A DNA stretch of 64,000 nt, taken from contig NC_088806.1 in NCBI RefSeq assembly GCF_011386835.1, forward strand, positions 2,480,001 through 2,544,000, written 5' to 3'. The stretch is from Chrysemys picta bellii. Taxonomy: Eukaryota. The notes under the pieces are model-generated. The model did no database searches. It saw nothing but the letters and a program-made list of their open reading frames with translations, and was not told the origin of the DNA. Made by a program: the position numbers and the translations under genes. Shown here one piece after another: positions 1 to 10,512 of this stretch (the stretch's first letter is position 1; every line of letters begins with the position of its first letter).

Positions 1-24
1 CTCGGCGCCCAGCCCCCATCTCAC

Positions 25-143
25 CTTGAGGATGAAGTCGGGAGGGGTCCCGGGACGCACCGTGGGTCGCATCACCCCATCGTGGTGGGAGTGGATCAAC
101 GTCTCATCCAGGTCCAGCACCAGGACCTTCCGCTTCACCTGGT
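25..143 (-). CDS. CTDNEP1: CTDNEP1 coding exon 3 (DLDET motif)
   Basis: CAG|AC CAG GTG AAG...AAG|GTGAGA; 119 nt. Confidence 0.97.
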
Positions 144-3100
144 CTGGGGGGGGGGGGCGGGAAGACAGGGAGCAGTCAGTTGCGGCCCCCAAACCCCTCC
201 CCCAGCCCCAATCCCAGCCAGCCCTGAGTAACCGGCATCAAGCCCCCCACCCTGCATGCTGCCCCCATCGGACCTACCTGCTGTATGGTTTAGATGCAAC
301 CCCCACCCCTTTGCTGCTCCTGGGGAGACACCCCCTCTTAACCCAGAAAATCCTGGGAGTCCCTTCTGCTCCCCAGCTCTGGGAAGGGAGTGGGGTCTGC
401 TGTGTTAGAGCAGGAGGGCTGGGAGCCAGGACTCCTGGGTTCTCTCCCCAGCTCTGGGAGGGGAGTGAGGGCTGCGAGCCAGGACTCCTGGGTTCTCTCC
501 CAAGCTCTGGGAGGGGAGTGGGGGCTGGTGGGTCAGAGCAGGGGGGCTGGAAGCCAGGACGCCTGGGTTCTCTCCCTGGCACTGGGAAGGGAGTGGGGGC
601 TGGTGGGTTAGAGCAGGGGGGGGCTTGGAGCCAGGACTCCTGGGCTCTCTCCCCGGCTCGGGGAGGGGAGTGGGGGCTGGTGGTTAGAGCAGGGGGGCTG
701 GAAGCCAGGACTCCTGGGTTCTCTCCCCAGCTCTGGGAGGGGAGTGGGGGCTGGAGGGTCAGAAAAGGGGGGCTGGGAGCCAGGACTCCTGGGCTCTCTC
801 CCCGGCTCTGGGAGGGGAGTGGGGGCTGGTGGTTAGAGCAGGGGGGGCTGGGAGCCAGGACTCCTGGGTTCTCTCCCCGGCTCTGGGAGGGGAGTGAGGG
901 CTGCGAGCCAGGACTCCTGGGTTCTCTCCCCGGCTCTGGGAGGGGAGTGAGGGCTGCGAGCCAGGACTCCTGGGTTCTCTCCCCTGGCTCTAGGAGGGGA
1001 GTGGGGGCTGGTGGTTAGAGCAGGGGGGCTGGAAGCCAGGACTCCTGGTCTCTCTCCCCGGCTCGGGGAGGGGAGTGGGGGCTGGTGGTTAGAGCAGGGG
1101 GGCTGGAAGCCAGGACTCCTGGGTTCTCTCCCCAGCTCTGGGAGGGGAGTGGGGGCTGGTGGTTAGAGCAGGGGGGGCTGGGAGCCAGGACTCCTGGGTT
1201 CTCTCCCCGGCTCTGGGAGGAGAGCGGTTAGAGCGGCGGGGGGGGCTGGGAGCCGAGGGAGGGGGATACTTACTGAGCCGGTTGCGTGCGGCCGGGGAGA
1301 GAGGGAGCACGTCATAGCGCACCGTCTGGTACTGGATCACCTGCCGCGAGAGCAGAGCGGGACGGGCTGTCATAGCCGGGAGGAGAGCCCGGCTCTTAAC
1401 ACCCCCACTCTCTCTCACTCACACACGCACGCACGGGGATGCCTCTGTAATGATCTATGTCCAGGGGGCCTCCCAGAAGCGCCATGTGTTGACCCCCCCT
1501 TCTACTTGAGGGACCCCCCCCCTTAACCCTCCATTTCTTCCCCCTCCTCCATTCATTCCACATGCTCTGTGCCCCGCCATGCCAGGGGCTCAGTGTGACC
1601 CCCACCACACACACCCCATAATGGGGTAGAGCGGGGGGCTGGGAGCCAGGACTCCTGGGGTCTCTGCCCAGCTCTGGGAGGGAAGCGGGGGCTGGTGGTT
1701 AGAGCACGGGGGGCTGGGAGCCAGGACTGCTGGGCTGACTCGCCAATCCTGACAGAGCACCTCAGTTTCTCCACCTGTGAGACAGGGAAAATAATCTGGT
1801 CCAGGGAAACGGCGAGGGCAGGGAACGCCCCCCATTGTGTAAAAACTCAGCCCCACGCTCTACCCCGAACCCAGTCAAAGCCGAGCGAAAACCATTCACC
1901 CCGCTCTCAAAGGAGAGCAGCCCTTCCCCCGCCAGCCACCCTTCCTTTCCCTTTACAAACCCACCCCTGGGATCACACAGTTCCCCCGAGGTCTGGGTCT
2001 AACTCAAGGGGATTTTTAAGACCCCTGCTCCAATCAGGAACTGAACAGCCCTGAAAGCGAAACTGACCACGAAACTGATGAGGGAGCGCAGGGGCCTGGC
2101 TGGTGATGGGGATTGTAACAGGCCCTCCTGCCCCATCAGCTCTGGGGATGAAGCAGGAGGAGACCCCAGTACTGTTCTCGCCCCCCTATCAAAAAAGGGC
2201 GATGGTGTTTTCTAGTAGCAGGAGTCCGGACTGTCTTCTTATATCCGGGGAGAGAACCCAGGAGTCCTGGCTCCCAGCCCTCCTGTGCTCTAACCATTAG
2301 CCCCCACTCCCCTCCCAGAGCCAGGGAGAGAACCCAGCAGTCTTGGCTCCCAGCCCCCCCCTCCCCTCCCTCTGCCCTACCTTTTTGGCCCCCTGCCCTA
2401 TCACATGCCATGGCACCTGCCTGCACTGGAGAAGCCCAGATTAGATTTGCCATAGGCTAACCCCCTGCTTCACACACCCCCACACTCTATTTTAACCACC
2501 CACCTGCTTCCCCGTCTCAAACAGCCCCCAGCACCTGTCATCCCTTGGCAAGGGCACGGATTCCCCCGCCCCACGGGTCTGGCGCCGGCCTCGGGGGCAC
2601 CAGGACGTGACTCCCGGGCCAGCCGCGAAGGCCTCCTCCCAGAATTAGCTTCCCAGCTGCTTCACCCCAGCTGATCCGATCCGTGGGCTGGCGGGGATCC
2701 GATCCAGCGAGGCCTGAGACCACGGGGAGAGGCGGTAGATCAGGAACCCTCGGGGGAGGGAAACGGGGGGGGGTGTCCCAGAGGACTTCCCCCCTCTCCC
2801 CCAGCACAATCCCTGGCCCAGGGAATGGGGCACATGGCCTGTCCCCTCTAGGGGGCGCCAGCTCCTATCCGGCCAAAAGGCAGGGACTGGCTGGGTCGGG
2901 GGACAGGGAATGGGGCGCGGGGCCTTTCCCCTCTAGGGGGCACCAGCTCTGATTGACAACGGGCTGAGATGGGGGTCCCCTCCATAGCACCCAGCCCAGA
3001 GGGGTCCCCCCCCGATCGATCTGTGTAGCTCCCCGGCACAACGGGAGAGTCCACGCTGCACGACCCCGCCTCCGCTAGGGGGCGCTAGGACTCCCAGGAT

Positions 3101-6100
3101 GCTCTGCACCGAGGCGCTCTATGAGCCCAGTGCATTGTGGGAGAGCGCGGCTGTCCTAGGTGTGCCGGGGGAACCATGGGAAGGTGCCGGAGGGCTGGCA
3201 GGGGGGTTAGCGGCTCGGGGGAACACGACAATCGGCTCTCACACCACTCCCAGCCAAGCCAGCCCCGGGAGTGCGGGGGTCCCACTCAGGTTAAAATCAG
3301 GACTAAGGCCAGCCCCCAACCTGCGCCTGGCCCACCCCAAGAGGAGAATCAGCAGCCACCGGGCCGGGCACGGGCACACGACACGGGCCTGCCCATCACC
3401 TGCCCAAAGGCGGCGTCTGGGGTTGGCACTGGGCAGTATTTTAAGCATATTAACCCTCCCACAAGCAGGTGTCCCAAGACAGAAGACAAAAGCAGAGCAA
3501 GGCTTAGGTATGCCACCCCGCCCCAGGGACGGAGCCCGGACGCCTGGGTCCCAGCTCCCCGCCCCGGGGACGGAGCCCGGATCCCCTTCTTACCTCACTC
3601 CACCCCAGCTGGCACCAGGGCGCCTGGGTCCCATCCCATCACACACACCCCAGATGGCGCCAGGACGCCTGGGTCCCAACTCCCCACCCACCGCTAGACG
3701 GCACCAGGACACCCGGGTCCCAACCTGACCTAACCTAACCCCACCCGCCCAGATGGAGCCAGGACGCCTGGGTCCCATCAGCCCAACGCTGGGAACCGAG
3801 AGCCGCCCAATGGCCGGTGGCAGAGGCCAGAGGGACACGGGAGTTTAGCCCCGAAGTCTATGCGGTGGTGAATTTGATTGGCCACCTGGGCTGGGTTGCA
3901 GCCAGCGCCACCTGGAGGAGAAAGACCCAGCGCCCCCTTCCCCACCCCCAAGAAGAACTCAGGGCCCCACTGAGCCGGGCGCTGACCCCGCAGTCGGCAG
4001 AGAAACACAGACAGAATCTCACCCCCATAACACCGCAGACACCACACAAGCAACACAGCACAGCTAGGCTAAGAGACAGCGTGGCCGGGGGAGCGGGGGG
4101 TGTCAGGATGCCTGGGTTCTGTTCTCAGCACACTGGGTGACCTCGGGTCCGTCCCCGCTCCGTGCCTCAGTTTCCCCATCCCTAACGATCCCGCCCGCCT
4201 TTGGAAAGCCTTGACATCTACGGCCGAAACACACTAGGAGTTATTCCGCTGTCCCGTAAATCCACAAGAAACTGACTGGAGCCCATCACCCTGGGGTCTG
4301 AGGGCCTTCCAATCTGAGGTAGGTTGCCTATTTCACAGACAAACTCTCTAGGCCTCGGTTTCCCTAAAGGTTTGAAATTCAGCCTCGTCGGTCCTAGGCC
4401 AAAACGCTAAACACTGAGATCAGGGCCCCCCTGACTGAGATCTGGGGGCCCCTCCAGTACTCCCGGCGCCGCACTCAGCTTCCTCCGCCCGAGATCAGGG
4501 GCCCTTCGCCAGTCCCTGCCCCTAGGAACTTCCGATCTAACGGACGGGGAGCATTTATCCACAGTTTCCAGATGGGGAAACTGAGGCACGGCAAAGCCGT
4601 TTTCCCAAGATCCCAAAGGGAGGCAAATGAGCTGGATCCAGACGCCCTGGAGTCCAGATCCTTTCAAAGGTTCCTTTCGCTCTGATCCCCACCGGGATCT
4701 TCCACCCGGGTCTTCGAAAGTCAGGGTGAAAATACTCGACACAGAGAGCAGCTGAGTCAATTTCTTGCCCCTTTAAACCTGGCAGAATTTGACAGAGACG
4801 AGGGGGTTGGTACACTTCATTTCTACGTGTTTAACTGCAGGGACAGAGGGGCTAGTGGTTGGGGGAGGGGGGGGAGAGCTGGGAGCCAGGACTCCTGGGT
4901 TCTCTCCCTGGCTCTGGGAGGGGAGGGGGGCTGGTGGGTTAAAGCAGGGGTGCTGGGAGCCAGGACTCCTGGGTTCTCTCCCCGGCTCTGGGAAGGGAGT
5001 GGGGGCTGGTGGCTAGAGCAGTGGGGACTGGGATCCCAAACTCCTGGGTTCTCCCCCCAGCTCTGGGAGGTGAGCGGGGGCTAATGGATTGGAGCGGGGC
5101 AGACTGGGAGTCAGAACTCCGGGATTCTAGCCCTGATGGCCTCCCAAGTCCCTTGCCGATCCATGACTCAGTTTCCCCGTCTGACAAAGGGGGGATGATC
5201 CTGATCTACCTCCCAGGGGGTTGCGGGACGAGGCTTTCACCACCCTCCGAGGCAGGGAAGTTACAAGTACATTTCACGGTCAGTTCCCTTCCCCCTTAGC
5301 CCAGATATGACCCGCTTTGTGGTGGGTCAACTGGCTTTGACCTGGTCTGTCGTATCTTTGCTCCAATCAAAGAACCGGACGTCGCCTGCCTGCGAATGCA
5401 CCAGGCCCCCTTGATTGGCTCCAAGCAGCCGCTGGCAGGGAGGGGAGGGTTAAACGCCTGTTTCCAGAATAGATTTGGGGTGGCAGGCCCCTTTTCAACC
5501 TGTTCACCCCAAGGTCCCCCAGGACTTAGAGGCAGCAGGTAACTCCCCCACCCCGGCATCCCCGACACACACTCATTCACCACGCGGCCAAAGACACTCA
5601 GAGCCAACATAATGACACACACCCCCTCCCAGCTGCCCCCAGCCTCCCTGTTGCCCCCCCCCCCAGTTCTTGTCCAAAGCCCCAGTCCTTCACTCCCCCA
5701 CGGCTCTCCTCATCCCAGTTTTAGGGGATCAGCGTCCTGCCCTACTCCTACCCCACAGCCCGATCCCCCTCAGATACCTCCCCCACTTAAATGCCTTCAG
5801 GTCTCCACTGGCCCGAAATCCCAGACGCCCCCCAAGACTGCTCCAAGGGGCCAGTCACCCCCAGAACCCCCTTGTCTATCTCCCCTCCTACCTCCACCTG
5901 CCCTGGGGTGCCAGCCCCCCAGATCCCCCTGTACCTTGGCTACCTCTTTAATCCCCTGTTCCCCTGCCCTCAGGTGCTTTTTTACCTCCCCTGAGTCCCT
6001 GTTCCATTGCCCCAGATAAGCCCCCAGCTACCCCCACGCCAGCCCTCCAGTTGCCATCCGAGATCCTGCCCAGACACTCCCACCAGATCCCCCAGCTGTC

Positions 6101-6659
6101 CCCCAATCCTCCCAGCATCTCCCACAATCAGCCCCAGTTGCCCTCCCAGTCTCCCTGGACCCCCCCCCCAGCTAGTCTCCCAATTGTTCTCCCAGATCCT
6201 CCCCAGCCCCCCACACACCAGCACCCCCGATCTCCCCAATCACTCCCCAGTTGCCCCTAACCACTCCACCACAGCTCCCCCCCACCAGTCCCCCCAGACA
6301 ACCCACCCACCTCTCCCTGCACCCCACAACCCCCCACAATCAGCCCCAAGTGCGCTCCTAATCCCCCCAGATCCCCCTAGCTGCCTTCCCAGTCCCCCTG
6401 GAGACTCCTAACAGCCCCCAAGATCCCCCTACACCAGCTCCCCACTTCCCCCGTGCAGCTCCCCCCAACTCGGTTCCCCAGGTGTCCCCTGGGCCTCAAT
6501 GCCCGCCCCCCCCCCCGCTCCCCCCCCGGCCCCGGCCCCCCCGGCCCCGGCACTCACGGTGCGGACCTGCCGCCGCAGCAGGTAGAGCAGGAAGCTCCAG
6601 AGCTTGGTGGCGAAGGCCACGAAGGTCCGCAGGCCGAGCAGACACTGGGTCCGCATCAT
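25..6659 (-). CDS. CTDNEP1: CTD nuclear envelope phosphatase 1 (Dullard), 5' part: join(6659-6558,1340-1274,143-25); gene continues off the left edge
   Basis: Spliced translation [96 protein letters not shown]. Contains the HAD DLDET catalytic motif. All junctions GT-AG with consistent phases; exon sizes 102/67/119. Confidence 0.98.
415..1250 (+). repeat. ~75-bp G-rich minisatellite (MIR-head derived) filling CTDNEP1 intron 2
   Basis: Unit GGCTGGTGGTTAGAGCAGGGGGGCTGGGAGCCAGGACTCCTGGGTTCTCTCCCCGGCTCTGGGAGGGGAGTGG, plus truncated units. Confidence 0.95.
1274..1340 (-). CDS. CTDNEP1: CTDNEP1 coding exon 2
   Basis: CAG|GTGATC...CTCA|GTAAGT; [22 protein letters not shown]; 67 nt. Confidence 0.97.
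4100..4250 (+). mobile_element. MIR/CORE-SINE copy (other cores at 1760-1795, 4550-4600 minus, 37773-37815 and 41535-41640)
   Basis: CCTGGGTTCT head, GTGACCT..GTGCCTCAGTTTCCCCATC core. Confidence 0.75.
4878..5230 (+). repeat. 75-bp minisatellite units running into a MIR/CORE-SINE core
   Basis: Units followed by GACTCAGTTTCCCCGTCTGACAAAGGGGGGATGAT. Confidence 0.8.
6558..6659 (-). CDS. CTDNEP1: CTDNEP1 coding exon 1 (34 codons, hydrophobic N-terminal anchor)
   Basis: ATG at 6659-6657; donor ACC|GTGAGT. Confidence 0.97.
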
Positions 6660-6899
6660 CCCGGCCCCGGCCCCGGCCCCGCCGCCGCCCCCCGCCCGGC
6701 CCAGCTCCGCCAGCTTCGCGCCCGGGCCGGGCCACGGGGCCGCGAGCCGGCGGCGGGGGGGCGGGGGGGGTCGCGAGGCCCCCGGGCGGGGGGGCGGGGC
6801 CCGATCCGGGGAGGGGCCGAGCTCGGGGAGCCCCGGGCGGGTTCCGGGGGCGGGGTCGCTGGGGGGGGGGGGTCGGTCTCGCGCCTGGGCTCCGGTCGG

Positions 6900-7200
6900 G
6901 CTCAGCGGCCGCCCCCCCTCCGCCTGACTCCCTCTCCGCCGGCGGCGGGTTCGTTTCCGGTCCAACCACTTCCGGGTGAAGGGTCGCGCGGCCGGACGCG
7001 GAGGAGGAACACGCACGCGCCGCGCGCGAGGACAGAAGCGGCTGGTGGGCGGGACGCATGCGCGGCGCGCGAGGACGGACTAGGCAGGGGACGCGCGCGT
7101 GCTAAATAAGGCCTACGCCCACGCGGCCTCTGCGAGGGAGGTCTTCGAGCCGTTGCGCATGCGCCAAACTGGCCGGCGCCGAGCTAGAAGCCAGAGAGCG
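6900..7200 (-). promoter_or_regulatory. CTDNEP1 CpG-island promoter
   Basis: CpG-dense; ETS/GABP site CACTTCCGG 6967-6975; NRF1 sites TGCGCATGCGC 7154-7164 and CGCATGCGC 7055-7063; GC boxes; no TATA. Confidence 0.75.
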
Positions 7201-7926
7201 GGGGAGAAGGAAGGGGGAGCGGCCTGAGAGGCGGGTGGGCGGGGCCTGGGGGAAGGGGGCGGGGCTTAAAGGGAGAGCGACGGCTGGGGTCCCCCCAAAA
7301 CAGGCGGGGCCGGGAGGATGAAGTGGGAGGGGCCAGAGGAAAGGGGCTGGGACCAGAGAGAGCAGTTGGGGCTAACACAAAAAAGGGGCAGGGCTTGGAG
7401 GGGGACAAGTGGGTGGGGCCATCAAAAAGGGGCGTGACCTACAAAGTGGGGTGGAAGAAAGGGGGCGTGGCCAGAGACAGCAGTTGGGGCAGGGCTTGAA
7501 ACAAGTGGCGCCAGGGGAAAGGGGGCGTCCCAGGGAGGCAAGGGGGATGTGCCAGGGCAGTGGGTGGGGGCCATCAGAAACGGGTGTCGCCTGAGGGAGG
7601 CCAAAAGTGGGCGGGGCCAGATACAGCAGTTGGGAATGGCAAAAAGGGGCAGGGCTTAAGGGGGACCAGTGTGTGGGGCCATCAGAAAGAGGCGGGGTCA
7701 CAGGGCAGCGAGGGGGAGGGGCCACAGGCAGTAGGAGGAACCATCAGAAAGGGGTGTGGTCAGTGGGCAGGCCAATGAAAGGGGGAGGGGGCAGAGACAG
7801 CAGTGGGACCAGCAAAAGGAGCGAGGCTTGATGGGGAAACTGGGTGGGGCCATCAGAAAGAGGCGGAGTCACAGGGAGGCAAGGGGGAGGGGCCAGGAGA
7901 GAGCGGGTAGGACACACAGAAAGAGG

Positions 7927-8468
7927 CAAAAAAGAGATATTGGGATTGGAAAAGGTTCAGAAAAGGGCAACAAAAATGCTGAGGGGTCTGGAACAGCTCA
8001 CGTATGAGGAATTAACGAGACTGGGACTTTTCAGCTTGGAAAAGAGGCGACTAAGGGGGGATATGAGAGAGGTCTATAAAATCATAACCCAAGAACTAGG
8101 GGCCACCCAATGAAATGAATAGGCAGCAGTTTGAAAACAAACACCATGACCTATTTTTTCCACACAATGCACTGTCAACCTGTGGAACTCCTCGCCCCTG
8201 GATGTTGGGAAGGCCAAGACGAGAACAGGATTCAAAAAAAACATAGAGAAGTTCATGGAGGACAGGTCCATCAGTGGCAATTAGCCAGGATGGGCAAGGA
8301 GGGTGCCCCTAGCTCTGTTTGCCAGAAGCTGGGAATGGGCGACGGGATGGATCACTTGATTCCCTGTTAGGTTCACTCCCTCTGGGGCACCTGGCACTGG
8401 CCACTGTCGAAAGACAGGAGTCTGGGCTGGATGGACCTTTGGTCTGACCCAATATGGCCGTTCTTACA
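7927..8468 (+). mobile_element. CR1 LINE 3' fragment
   Basis: ORF2 C-terminus [33 protein letters not shown] plus 3' tail ending GGCCGTTCTTA. Confidence 0.9.
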
Positions 8469-8988
8469 TAAGGGGCAGAGAAAGTAGGTGGGGCCATCAG
8501 AAAGGGGCATGGTCAGATGGAAGCAAGTGGGAGGGGCCAGAGACCACAGGTATGACTAGCAGAAAGGGGCAGGGCTTGAGGGGGGACAATGAGGCGGGGC
8601 TATCAGAAAGAGGCAGGGTCACCGGAAGGCACAGGGCAGGGGAGGAGCCAGAGAAAGTAGGTGGGACCATAGCATGGCCTGAGGGAGGAAAGTGGGCAGG
8701 GACAGGGCACGACAAGTGGGTGGAGCCTGGGAAAAGGGGCTGGGCCAGACCCAAAGGGCGGGCACAGAGGGCCAGAGTAGGTGAGCCCAGGGAGCTGGGG
8801 TGGGTGCCAGGCTACCACCCGCCCCTGGGCTGTGCCACGCAGAGGGTCACCTCCCCAAGCCACGGACAACACAAGCCCCCACCCCAGCATCCAGTCCCCG
8901 AAGATCAGCGGGCCACCCTCCACCCGCTAGCTCCCCCTCCGCCAGACACACAGCACCCACACGGGTCTCCAGGGAAATCGAGGTTACA

Positions 8989-8994
8989 TTTATT
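8989..8994 (-). terminator. Candidate ELP5 distal polyadenylation signal AATAAA (variant TATAAA at 9715-9720)
   Basis: TTTATT on the plus strand about 1.4 kb downstream of the ELP5 stop. Confidence 0.45.
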
Positions 8995-9254
8995 GCCCGA
9001 AGCACCGAGATCCGAACCAGCACCGTTTGCGGGACTGACTGCCAACCGAATGAATTGGCCACAGAGCGCCCCGCCCTTCACCCCCCCCCCCCCAACCAGA
9101 CCCTCTTTGCCCCGCAGCCCCCACATTCGGTACTCATCCAACCACGGCCAGGGGTGTGGGCCAGATGGGAGTTGGCGTCCCCTACCGCACACGGCCCCCT
9201 CCCTCCCTGCTCTTCACTACCAAGAAGCTCAGCGGAGTGGTGGAGATGGGGGTA

Positions 9255-9620
9255 GAACCCAGGGGTCCTGGGTCCCAGGCCCCAGCTCTAACCCACTAGC
9301 CCCCGCTCCCCTCCCAGAGCGGGGGAGAGAACCCAGGAGTCCTGGCTACCCGCCCCCCCTGCTCTAACCCACCCGCCCCCCCTCCCCTCCCAGAGCCAGG
9401 GAGAGAACCCAGGAGTCCCAGCTCCCAGCCCCCCTGATCTAACCCACCAGCCCCCACTCTCCTCCCAGAGCCAGGGAGAGAACCCAGGAGTCCGGGCTCC
9501 CAGCCCCCCATATCTAACCCACCAGCCCCCACTCCCCTCCCAGAGCCGGAGAGAGAACCCAGGAGTCCGGGCTCCCAGCCCCCCTGATCTAACCCACCAG
9601 CCCCCACTCCCCTCCCACCC
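9255..9620 (-). repeat. 75-bp minisatellite array downstream of the ELP5 stop
   Basis: Reverse-complement units. Confidence 0.9.
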
Positions 9621-10403
9621 AGCATTCTCCTCTCCCTCCACCAGTGTCAATCCCCCCCCCATGCGCCACTATTAACACGCTTCAGTTTCATTTCACTGCT
9701 GAACAAGTACATGGTTTATAGCACAAGGGGACAACGCTGGGGTCAGGTAGAGGTGGCAGCAGCGGGAGGTGTTGGCGTTTTTTTTTTTTTTTTGTAGGTC
9801 CTACCAAAAAGGGGAAGCAGCTGGTTTTAAGGGCATGGGGGCCTCTCTGGACTGAAGAGGGATGAGTCCTACCGCTGCAAATTGAGGGGGCAGTTCCGAT
9901 CCGGCCCTAGGGCAGGGACTAGGTGGCTCAGGGAATGGGGCATGGGGCCTGTCCCCTCTAGGGGGCCCCGGCTCCCATCCAGCCCCAGGGCAGGGACTGG
10001 CTGACACAGGGGGGCGGGGAATGGGGCATAGGGTCTTTCTCCCCTCGGGGGCGCTGGTTCCCATCCACCCTTCCTTTATGGAAGTCTATTCCCATGCCAT
10101 GGCAGGGGGGGGTAGGGACGGTGGGGGGGGCTGGCATGGGTGCAGTGGGGAGGGGGACAAGGCCCAGCCCCCCTTTTCTCGCCAGACAGATACCAACCCC
10201 AGTCAAAAGCCCACTGGCCCCATTCCCGGCCCCAGACACAGCCCTGAGCGGGGGCACGCAGCTGCGCTCCTGAGTAGCTCCCCACACGGTGGTGCCGGAG
10301 TCGGGCTCTGTCACAGATCTCTCAGAAGGTCCCGTCGGGAAGCAGAGATCCAGGGGTCCATTTGGGGGAGGGGGGAGCCCCACACACACACACCCCTCGG
10401 CTT

Positions 10404-10512
10404 TCACACGTCCAGGTCGTCGTCCGGATCCTCTTCATCCAGGTCGTCCGCGGCGTCTGGTTCGTAGTAGATCTTCCCGGCGCTGGCCGAGGCCTCCAGC
10501 AGTGACGACTTC
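10404..10512 (-). CDS. ELP5: ELP5 exon 8 (terminal)
   Basis: TAG|G AAG TCG...DPDDDLDV TGA. Confidence 0.95.

Noticed and set aside
26-1018. 330-aa plus-strand ORF
   Set aside because: Antisense to CTDNEP1 exon 3 plus the 75-bp minisatellite
415-1250. tRNA genes or telomeric repeats suggested by TGGTTAGAGC / GGTTC / TTAGAG
   Set aside because: No cloverleaf and no (TTAGGG)n tract; explained by the SINE-head origin
6429-7016. 195-aa ORF extending CTDNEP1 upstream
   Set aside because: Starts at a non-ATG codon in a GC-rich UTR; the conserved protein begins at MMRTQ (6659)
9778-9793. Poly(T) tract as evidence of a processed pseudogene or mRNA end
   Set aside because: No TSD or adjacent spliced sequence; likely a genomic A-tract in the ELP5 3' UTR that could cause internal priming
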